Shown here one piece after another: positions 22,207 through 30,056 of a stretch of 64,000 nt of DNA (the first letter of the stretch is position 1; each line of letters starts with the position of its first letter). The notes below the pieces were generated by a model. The model saw only the letters and a list, made by a program, of their open reading frames with translations, did no database searches and was not told the origin of the DNA. The stretch covers positions 4,899,212-4,963,211 of the forward strand of contig OZ241997.1 of NCBI GenBank assembly GCA_965204435.1. Direction: 5' to 3'. Origin of the DNA: Bryobacterales bacterium. GTDB taxonomy: Bacteria; Acidobacteriota; Terriglobia; Bryobacterales; UBA6623. The position numbers and the translations under genes were made by a program.

Positions 22207-23030
22207 GCGCGCCACTGCCATTCGCCTTTTTGGCGGCTTCCGGAGAGGAGGAGGGCATCGCCGATGTGATCATGCATCACATCGCCAACAGCGAGGTCCA
22301 CCTGCCGGCCTGGTTGGAGCCCTATCTCCACCCGGCGTTCGAGACCTTGGGGATCACCAAGGCGGTCCTGATGATGTTGATCGCCTCGGCCATCCTGATC
22401 GTGCTGCTGGCGATTTTCTTGCGCCGCCCGCGGGGAGGGCAGGAAGCGCCCAGCGGGATGACCAACGCCCTCGAAATGCTGGTGCTGTTCGTGCGCGACG
22501 AGATCGCCATCGGCAACATGGGCGAGAAGTGGGGCCGCCGCTTCACTCCATTCCTGCTGACGCTGTTCTTCTTCATCCTGACGTGCAACTTGCTGGGCAT
22601 GGTGCCGGGGGGCTTCACGGCCACCAGCAACCTGAACGTCACCGGCGCGCTGGCGCTCATGTCCTTTCTGACGTTCGTGGTCACAGGCGTGATCGCGCTC
22701 GGCCCGATCGGCTACTTCAAGCACATGGTGCCGGAGGGCACGCCGCTGGCCATCGCACCGGTCGTGATCCTGCTCGAGATCATCTCGATGCTGGTACGGC
22801 CGGTCGCGCTGATGATCCGCCTGGGCGCCAACATGACTGCCGGACACATTGTCATCTTGATCATCCTCGGCTTCATTTTCCTGTTCCAGAGCGTGGCCCT
22901 GTCGGCGGTCTCGGTGCCGTTGGCGGCCGCCATCATGTTGCTGGAAATCATCGTGGCCTTCATCCAGGCCTATGTCTTCACACTGCTGACGGCGCTATAT
23001 GTCGGCATGCTGGTGGCAGACGAACATTGA
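22200..23030 (+). CDS. atpB: F0F1 ATP synthase subunit a
   Basis: In the frame of ORF 21954-23030: FTPFLLTLFFFILTCNLLGMVPGGFTATSNLNVT and ISMLVRPVALMIRLGANMTAGHIV (conserved Arg). The start is either GTG 22200 (overlapping the upstream gene) or ATG 22272. Confidence 0.9.
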   Translation: MLSAPLPFAFLAASGEEEGIADVIMHHIANSEVHLPAWLEPYLHPAFETLGITKAVLMMLIASAILIVLLAIFLRRPRGGQEAPSGMTNALEMLVLFVRDEIAIGNMGEKWGRRFTPFLLTLFFFILTCNLLGMVPGGFTATSNLNVTGALALMSFLTFVVTGVIALGPIGYFKHMVPEGTPLAIAPVVILLEIISMLVRPVALMIRLGANMTAGHIVILIILGFIFLFQSVALSAVSVPLAAAIMLLEIIVAFIQAYVFTLLTALYVGMLVADEH

Positions 23031-23077
23031 CACAGAGTTCACCCAGTCCCATCCCACCCAACGGAGGAAACCAAGCA

Positions 23078-23368
23078 ATGAAACGCACATTCAACATCCT
23101 GTTCGCCCTCGCCATCTTGCTGGCCATGCCGGCGATGGCGTCGGCCCAGTTGCTCGACAAAGGTGCCGGCAGCGCGATCGGTGCCGGAATCATAGTAGTC
23201 GGCGCCGGGCTCGGCATCGGCAAGTTCACGGCAGCCGCGGTCGAGAGCATCGCGCGCCAGCCGCAGGCCGCCAAGGACATCCGCGGCGCTTTCCAACTCC
23301 CGCTGTTCCTACTCGAGGGCGTGGCTGTCATCGGACTCGGCGTGCTGTTCGTCGCGCTGCTGTTCTAG
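23078..23368 (+). CDS. atpE: F0F1 ATP synthase subunit c with an N-terminal signal-like extension
   Basis: ATG at 23078 follows GGAGGA (23064-23069). GAGIIVVGAGLGIGKFTAAAVESIARQPQ...LPLFLLEGVAVIGL gives the GxGxGxG helix, the RQP loop and the ion-binding Glu. Confidence 0.9.
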   Translation: MKRTFNILFALAILLAMPAMASAQLLDKGAGSAIGAGIIVVGAGLGIGKFTAAAVESIARQPQAAKDIRGAFQLPLFLLEGVAVIGLGVLFVALLF

Positions 23369-23404
23369 CGCCTGCAAGCGCGAGCCCCTGCCGGAGGAAT
23401 TCCC

Positions 23405-23923
23405 ATGGCCGGTGATAACGGAAACGCACTGCTCCAGTTCGAGCCAGGTCTGATGATCTGGACTGTGGTGACGTTCTTGGTCACCTTCGTCGCGTTGCGG
23501 CTGATCGCGTGGAAGCCGATACTCGGCGTCTTGGACGAGCGCGAGGGGCGGATTCGCGAGTCGCTGGAGAAGGCCGAGCAAGCCCAGGCCGAGGCCGAGC
23601 GGGCTATCGAGGAGAACAAGGCCAACATGGAGGCTTCGCTGCGCCAGTCGCAAGAGCTCGTGGCAGAGGCGAGGCAGGACGCGGAGCGGGTCCGCGCGCA
23701 GGCCCGCGAAGAGGCCCGCGGCGAAGCGCGCAAGATCGTGGAGGAGGGGCGCCGCCAGCTCGAGGTCGAGCGGCGAGCCGCGCTCTCCGACATCCGGCAG
23801 GAGGCCGCGGGCTTGGCCATCCTGGCGGCGGAGCAGTTGCTGAAGAAGAATCTCGGCGAGGCAGAGAACCGACAGTTGGTGCAGGGGTTCTTGGACCAGC
23901 TGCCCAAGCCGCCCGTGCAGTGA
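23405..23923 (+). CDS. atpF: F0F1 ATP synthase subunit b
   Basis: 172 aa: one N-terminal TM (LMIWTVVTFLVTFVAL), then KPILGVLDEREGRIRESLEKAEQAQAEAE and a long charged helix. Confidence 0.9.
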   Translation: MAGDNGNALLQFEPGLMIWTVVTFLVTFVALRLIAWKPILGVLDEREGRIRESLEKAEQAQAEAERAIEENKANMEASLRQSQELVAEARQDAERVRAQAREEARGEARKIVEEGRRQLEVERRAALSDIRQEAAGLAILAAEQLLKKNLGEAENRQLVQGFLDQLPKPPVQ

Positions 23924-25749
23924 TGGTGCCCGGCCGAGCCCGACTGTTGCAGCCGCAAGCTTGGGCGGGCGTTCTGCTCGCGGCGGGCCTCGTCGGCTGC
24001 GCCGTCGACCAGCCCTCGCCTGGGCAGATTTCGCACGGCCCGATCTTGGGCCGACTCGCCTCCGACAGCGTTGCGGTTTGGGCGCGCACGCGCGCGCCCG
24101 CTGTCTTCCGGGTGCGCTACTGGCCGGTCGGTGGCACTGGCGAGCAGGTCTCGGTGCCGATTGCCACGACCCTCGACAGGGACAACACGGGCTGGGGGCT
24201 GTTGAAAGGGCTGGAGCCTGACACGCTGTACGCCTACCGCTTGGAGGCGGCCGGGACGGTGCCGCCCGTCGCGACGTTCCGCACTCTGCCGGCGGCTGCG
24301 GAAGTGGCGGACCCTAAGGTCAACCCGCGAGGACTGTTCAACTTTTCGTTCGAGTTCGCCTGCGGCAACAAGCAATTTGATTCCGACCAGCCCGCTTTTC
24401 GCACGATGCTGGCCAAGCTCGATGACCGGGCGCACTTCGCGATCCAGAATGGCGACTGGTTGTACGAAGAGCAGCGGGACTACCCGGCTGCGGAGTGGCT
24501 TCGGCAGAGCGGTGCCTCAGATGCGCCCAGGGTGGTCGCGCTGGCTCCCACGATCGCGGGAGTTTGGCAGAACTACAAGCTCTATCTTGAGCGCGGCCTC
24601 GACATGGCGGCCTGGCACCGCGAGATGCCGTCGTTCTTCGTTTTCGACGACCACGAAATCCTCGGTGACGTAAACGGTACGGGCACGATCGGCCTGCGCA
24701 GCCGCAGGGCTGTGTTCCGCGATATCGGCGTACAGGGCTGGTACGACTACCTCGGGTGGGCCAACGAGGTAGCCCACACCCAACCGATCCACTTCGGCAA
24801 GGCCAATTTGGAGGCAGGCGGTTCGATCCTGCGCGACGAGGACGGCGGCCTCAGCGGATTGGACCTGGCCCAGACAGCCACTCTGACGGTCCATTGGGGC
24901 GAGCCTGACGCGGGCGTGAACCTCAAGGAGCTTGACGCCGTCCGGGGCGACCCGAATGCGGGAGTCTACCGGATCGAGCAGGTGCTCAACGACAACAGCT
25001 TGAGGATCCATCCGGCGGCGGACGTCGATGGCAATGCCGCCTACTCGATCGGGCGCCTGAACTACTGGCGGCGCGCGATATCCAACGCCGAGTTCTTCTT
25101 CCTAGACACGCGCAGCCACCGGCAGGTGCATGACAAGGCGGATCCGTTCAAGCCCGGAGTCTCGATGCTGGGAGAGCGCCAAAAGCGCTGGCTGAAGCAG
25201 GGCATGCAGACCAGCGAGGCCGATTTCCTGTTCGTGATCTCGTCGGTGAACCTGATGGTCCCGCATGTCGGGCCGGGCATGGGCGGGCCCAACAAAGACG
25301 AGGCTTGGACCGCGATGGCGGCCGAACGGGAGGAGCTGATCAAATTCTGGGACGGCCTTGGCAAGCCTGTATTCGTGCTGACAGGCGACCTGCACAACAG
25401 CTTCGCCATCCAGATCACGGATCGCGTTCGCGAGTTCGCGGCCGGCCCGCACAGCTCCGGCAACCATGCCCTCGTGTCCGAGGCAGGCCGGCCGCCCAAC
25501 GGGGATTTCGAATCGCGCGGCCGCAACGCCCAGATTCGCTGGTCGACGTTCTTTCTCGACGACTCGAGCGAGCGCCGCAGGCCGGTGTATTGCGTGGTGC
25601 GCATCAGCAATGTCTTCAACAACCCGGGGCCGGAGGGCCGCCCGCGCTGGGTCGCGTACCCGCGGCCGCAAGCGATCTTCCAGTACTACGACGGCCTGAC
25701 CGGCGAGCTGCTCTACGCCGAATCGATCTTGGCGGCGGAGGCCTCGTGA
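23923..25749 (+). CDS. PhoD-like metallophosphatase lipoprotein
   Basis: ATG at 23923 overlaps the atpF stop (TGATG). The lipobox is LLAAGLVGC. GPILGRL...VWART, IQNGDWLYEE, VFDDHEI, FLDTRSHR and LTGDLHNSF match the alkaline phosphatase D family pattern. Confidence 0.8.
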   Translation: MVPGRARLLQPQAWAGVLLAAGLVGCAVDQPSPGQISHGPILGRLASDSVAVWARTRAPAVFRVRYWPVGGTGEQVSVPIATTLDRDNTGWGLLKGLEPDTLYAYRLEAAGTVPPVATFRTLPAAAEVADPKVNPRGLFNFSFEFACGNKQFDSDQPAFRTMLAKLDDRAHFAIQNGDWLYEEQRDYPAAEWLRQSGASDAPRVVALAPTIAGVWQNYKLYLERGLDMAAWHREMPSFFVFDDHEILGDVNGTGTIGLRSRRAVFRDIGVQGWYDYLGWANEVAHTQPIHFGKANLEAGGSILRDEDGGLSGLDLAQTATLTVHWGEPDAGVNLKELDAVRGDPNAGVYRIEQVLNDNSLRIHPAADVDGNAAYSIGRLNYWRRAISNAEFFFLDTRSHRQVHDKADPFKPGVSMLGERQKRWLKQGMQTSEADFLFVISSVNLMVPHVGPGMGGPNKDEAWTAMAAEREELIKFWDGLGKPVFVLTGDLHNSFAIQITDRVREFAAGPHSSGNHALVSEAGRPPNGDFESRGRNAQIRWSTFFLDDSSERRRPVYCVVRISNVFNNPGPEGRPRWVAYPRPQAIFQYYDGLTGELLYAESILAAEAS

Positions 25750-27656
25750 GCGCGGGTGAGCGGGTCGTTGCGGAGTACGGCTTCTGGAAATCGCCGATCA
25801 CGGCGGACTTAGTGGCCGGCAAGTCCATCCGGATAAGCGAGCCGGCGCTCGATGGCGATGAAGTCTATTGGCTTGAGGGCCGGCCGGCCGAGGGCGGCCG
25901 CATGGCCTTGGTCTGTCGCGGTCGCAACGGGAACGCTCGGGATCTGCTCCAGGCTCCCTCGTCCGTGCGCACCGGGGTCCACGAGTACGGCGGCGGAGCC
26001 TATGCCGTCCTGGATGGAACGATCTACTTTTCCGAGGCTCGCGACCGGCTGCTGCATCGCCTCGGCCCGGACGGCTGCTCGCAGGCGCTGACGGCGGCCG
26101 GCCCGCAGAGGTATGCCGACCTAGAGGTCGATGCGGCTCGTGAGCGAATCATAGCCGTCTGCGAAGACCACTCGGAATCGGGTCGCGAAGCGCGGCAGTC
26201 GCTTGTTGCGATTGCATCGGGGCCTGACATGCAGCCGGTGCGCTGCTTGCTCAAGGATTCCGATTTCTACTCCAACCCCCGTGTGAGCCCCGATGGCGCG
26301 CGCCTGTGCTGGCTCCAGTGGCAGCACCCGAACATGCCTTGGGACGGCACTGAGCTTTGGGTCGGGAACCTTGGTGCGGATGGCGGGCTGAGAAAGCGGG
26401 AGAAAGTTGCCGGCGGTGCTGATGAGTCAATCTTCCAGCCACAGTGGTCTCCGGCCGGTGAGCTCCACTACGTGTCCGACCGGACGGGGTATTGGAACCT
26501 GTACCGCCACGACGGCGGCGCCGTTCCGCTGCACGAACGGGAAGCGGAGTTCGGGCAACCGCAGTGGGTCTTCCGGATGTCGACGTACGGTTTCCTGCAT
26601 GACGGCAGGATTCTTGCCGCGTACTGCGAGCACGGCCGCTGGAGCTTGGGTCTGCTGGATGGCAGCGGCGAGCTCGATCCGGTTCACTCGCCGTACAGCC
26701 AGATCGACTCCGTCACGGTGCGCGGCGCCGAAGCGGTGTTTCGCGCGGCGTCGCCGACACAGGCCTCGGCCCTAGTGCGCATGGATCTGAGCTCGCGCCG
26801 GATCGAGACGCTCAGGGAATCCGCCGAGATTCCCGACCAAGTTCGTAGCTACTTCTCGGCTCCGAGCTCCGAGTATTTCCGTTCCGGAGACGGAACAGCG
26901 GTCCACGCCTTCTTGTACAAGCCCTGCAATCCGGACTTCGAGGCGCCCCCTGAGGAAAAGCCGCCGCTCATCATTCGTGTCCATGGCGGCCCGACCGCTG
27001 CTGCCAGCAACGCCTTGTCGCTGACAGTTCAGTTCTGGACCAGCCGCGGATTCGCCCTCGTCGACCTCAACTACGGCGGCAGCAGCGGGTTCGGCAGGGC
27101 CTACCGGGAGCGCCTGAGCGGCCAGTGGGGAGTCGTCGACGTCGAGGATACCGTCGCGGCCGCCCGGCATTTTGTCGCCCAAGGCCAGGCCGACGAAAAC
27201 CGCCTGATCGTCAAGGGCGGCAGCGCCGGGGGCTATACCGCTCTGTGCTGCTTGGCTTTCCGTGATGTGTTCGCAGCTGGTGCCTCCTATTACGGAATCA
27301 GCGAACTTGCGGGCCTGGCGGAGGAGACGCACAAGTTCGAGTCCAGATACCACGACACGCTGATTGGCGAATGGCCCGCCCAAGAGGCGCTCTTCCGCGA
27401 GCGCTCTCCGCTGGGCCGCGCAGGCCAAGTCAAGGCCCCCGTGATCTTCTTCCAGGGCTCGGACGATCCGGTTGTCCCCAAGGCGCAGACTGAGGCGATG
27501 GTGGCCGCGCTACGTCTCGGCGGCGTTCCCGTGGCGTACTACCTGTTTGAGGGCGAGTCGCACGGCTTCAAGGAGGCAGTGCATATCCGGCAAGCATTGG
27601 AGGCCGAGCTGGGCTTCTACGCGACGGTGCTCCTACGCATGGGAGTCCGCTCGTAG
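25746..27656 (+). CDS. S9-family serine peptidase (prolyl oligopeptidase / acylaminoacyl-peptidase type)
   Basis: GTG at 25746 overlaps the upstream stop (GTGA). An N-terminal beta-propeller-like region is followed by VHGGPTAAAS...DLNYGGSSGFGRAYR...IVKGGSAGGYTAL (GxSxGG nucleophile)...FFQGSDDPVVP...EGESHGF. Confidence 0.85.
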   Translation: MSAGERVVAEYGFWKSPITADLVAGKSIRISEPALDGDEVYWLEGRPAEGGRMALVCRGRNGNARDLLQAPSSVRTGVHEYGGGAYAVLDGTIYFSEARDRLLHRLGPDGCSQALTAAGPQRYADLEVDAARERIIAVCEDHSESGREARQSLVAIASGPDMQPVRCLLKDSDFYSNPRVSPDGARLCWLQWQHPNMPWDGTELWVGNLGADGGLRKREKVAGGADESIFQPQWSPAGELHYVSDRTGYWNLYRHDGGAVPLHEREAEFGQPQWVFRMSTYGFLHDGRILAAYCEHGRWSLGLLDGSGELDPVHSPYSQIDSVTVRGAEAVFRAASPTQASALVRMDLSSRRIETLRESAEIPDQVRSYFSAPSSEYFRSGDGTAVHAFLYKPCNPDFEAPPEEKPPLIIRVHGGPTAAASNALSLTVQFWTSRGFALVDLNYGGSSGFGRAYRERLSGQWGVVDVEDTVAAARHFVAQGQADENRLIVKGGSAGGYTALCCLAFRDVFAAGASYYGISELAGLAEETHKFESRYHDTLIGEWPAQEALFRERSPLGRAGQVKAPVIFFQGSDDPVVPKAQTEAMVAALRLGGVPVAYYLFEGESHGFKEAVHIRQALEAELGFYATVLLRMGVRS

Positions 27657-28066
27657 GCGTCCCGCGCGTTTCTCGCGGCGTTGAAGCGGCTTGCGAAGCG
27701 CCGACGCAGTCGCCAGCGCGCAAGGCCGTACTCGAAGTGCCGTCGACAGCGAATTCCGACCGCCCCGTCTCGCCCATCGCCTAACTTGTCCCGCTCATCA
27801 CCGGAGCATGCTGTACTCCTATGAAGATCCTGTGAAGGTCTTGGGGAGTCTTGGGCAGGCAAATTCAATGTTTGATGCGAACGGGGGTTGAGGCATGTCT
27901 TGGAGTGCGGGAGCTCGGCAGATGGCGTCCGTAAGCCGAGTCGGCAGGGCGTGCGAGCATGCCACAACACACGCAGGAGCCTTGGCACGGTCGCAGGGGA
28001 CCGCGCGGGCAGGGGTAGAGGCACACCTACGGCCGGGCCGCAGGGCCGGACAGGCGTGTGAGGCAG

Positions 28067-29880
28067 TCAGGCGAGCAGCAGGGCCACGGCCTCGTCCGGT
28101 TTCAGGTGCAGTTGGTCCATGCGGCGTTGGATGTTCTTCGTCTTGAGCAAGCGTAGGATCGAGATCGCGAGATTGGCGAAGGCAGCCATCAGGCGCGGCA
28201 GCGAGCCCTTGCGGATGCGGCTGGCGTCCTCGCGCAGGGCGACGTCGCGCACGTAGTGGACGCGGTTTTCAATGCCCCAGTAAAGTCGGTTCAGCTGCAG
28301 CAGTCGCTCGGGCGTGGCCCGTTCCGGCGGCAGGCTGGTCAGCAGGTAGACGGTCTCCGGCTTGCGCTGGCGGCCGTCCTTCTTGTAGGCGACCTCGCGC
28401 CGCACTTGGGCGACAAAGCGCACGCCGGGAAAGCTGATGTAGGACAGCTTTGGATCCAGTTCGTCCGAGACACGGATGCTGCGCAGCTCGATGCGGCCGT
28501 GCTCGCAGTCGCGGGTGGTGTGCGGCTGCAGACAGTCCCAGTGGAAGGAGTCGCGCACCTCCTCCAGCACCTTGTCTTGGTTGGCTTTTACGGTGAGCAG
28601 GTAGTCCAGTCCGAGGTCGAGCAGATGCTGCGCCGTGCCGCGCTGGGTGTGCAGCGCGTCAGCGATGACACAGCTGCCGGTGCCGGCCAGATCGCGCACC
28701 AGCGCGCGCAGCGCCGCCCCCTCGGCATCGTCCTTCTGCCCGCTGAAACCGAGCTGGCCGACCACCGTGCCGGAGTCCAGATCCAGCGCCGAGAGCTGCT
28801 GCTGGGCCGGCTTGTCCAGCGGCTGGCCATCCGCGCCCAGATCCCGGTCATACGACCCGCGCAGCACCTTGCCGTCCAGTGCGACCGCCTGCAGCGGCTC
28901 TGCGCCAGCGCCACCATCGTCGCTATCGTCGCTATCGTCTTCATTCTCCAAGGCTTGCTCGGCCGTCCAGGCTGCCATCAGACGCTCCACCTCGGCCTCG
29001 TCGGTGCGCTGCAGGATGTAGTGCCAGCTGCTGATGCCGGGCGCAGCCGCGAGCCGATCATCGCCAGGGTCTGTTGGCTCAGCGCCCGGCCGAAGTCGCT
29101 CAGCTGGGTCAGCGTCTGGCAGCCCGCCAGCCGCGCGCCGATCAGGATCGTCAGCGCGGTCTGCATCGGGTAGCGCAGCCCGTAGCAACTGCGCGTGTCG
29201 GGCACTTGGTCGAGGAAGGCGCGCAGGCAGCGCCATTGGGCTGGCTTGAGCATAATCTTGGGGCGCTGCCGGCGCCAGTCGGGCTGCGGCCTCGCAGCCG
29301 CGAGCTGTTGCCGCGCCGTGCGCCGTAACGGGTACACGAACACGCGCTTGGGCTGGCCGTGGCTGACGTAGCCGATGCGACCGCCGCGCTGCCGGCCGAA
29401 GCCTGCGCTGCGCCCGACCTCGATCCAGTTGGTGGCCCGGTAGCAGGTGCCGACGAAGCGGCTCGGGTCCACGAACGACTCGGCCAGCAGCAGTTCGTGA
29501 CCATGCCGTGCGAGCCAGTCGGCGCGCAGCCGGCGCAGACTCAGGCCGAGCACGCGCGAGGCCAGATGGGGCACGCTGCCGGCCTCGCACAGCAGCAAGA
29601 AACGGCTCTGATTGGCGACCAGGAACAGACGCTGGCGGCGCTGCAAGCTGGTCCAGCCGATCCAACGGTCGCGCGCGGCGCAGTGCAAGGCGGCGGCATG
29701 CCAGCCGACCAGCGCCAGCCAGCGATCGCCGAGCACGGCGACATGCCGCAGGCGATTGCCGCACAAGTTCCGGAAGCCGAGGTAGTGCCGCTCGCGCATC
29801 AACTCGTTCCAGCGCGACTCCTCGTCGGGCCGGACTGGACGGACCCGGACCTCGCGTAACGGGATGTGCTGCGATCCCAC
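28067..29880 (-). pseudogene. DUF4338 (DruA-like) domain fused to an ISAs1-family DDE transposase, split by a frameshift near 29030-29065
   Basis: Frame A (29880 down to about 29050) gives RERHYLGF, ARDRWIGW, VANQSRFLLL, HLASRVLGL, LAESFVDPSRFVGTCYRATNWIEVG (DUF4338-like), then LDQVPDTRSCYGLRYPMQTALTILIGARLAGCQTLTQLSDFG (ISAs1 N-terminal associated domain). Frame B (about 29050 down to 28067) gives PGISSWHYILQRTD...ALDGKVLRGS...VIADALHTQ...YLLTVKANQ...LYWGIENRVHYVRDVALREDASR (DDE_Tnp_1). The frames are offset by one nucleotide and no slippery heptamer is visible. Confidence 0.8.
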
Positions 29881-29982
29881 TCTGCGAGTTATCGCACAAC
29901 CACCGCTCGTTTGTCCAGCCCCTCTCCTAACTCCTTATGAAATCCGGCCCTCGCTATCGGACATTGAAAAGCCCTGGAGTCT

Positions 29983-29997
29983 TGGGGACTTGCTTGC
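29983..29997 (+). promoter_or_regulatory. candidate sigma-54 -24/-12 element upstream of the TonB-dependent receptor
   Basis: TGGGGA-CTTGC-TTGC has the spacing of TGGCAC-N5-TTGC, with GG and GC conserved. It lies about 60 nt upstream of ATG 30057. Only 7 of 10 consensus positions match. Confidence 0.2.
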
Positions 29998-30056
29998 GAC
30001 GCCCTGATCGATGCGCTAAGATATTGGAACTTGGTATGCCAACAGTGAGGTGTTCA

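Noticed and set aside
28067-29899. The 610-aa ORF as a single intact transposase.
   Set aside because: Its N-terminal ~300 aa are Arg/Ala/Pro-rich and overlap, out of frame, the well-formed DUF4338 frame (28978-29880). Only its C-terminal ~320 aa look like a real DDE transposase. It is interpreted as a frameshifted gene.
27952-29905. Possible IS ends: tgcgagcatgccacaacacacg (27952-27973) resembles tgcgagttatcgcacaaccaccg (29883-29905).
   Set aside because: The similarity is in direct, not inverted, orientation. It is imperfect and short. I found no terminal inverted repeats or target duplication, so the IS boundaries are left undefined.
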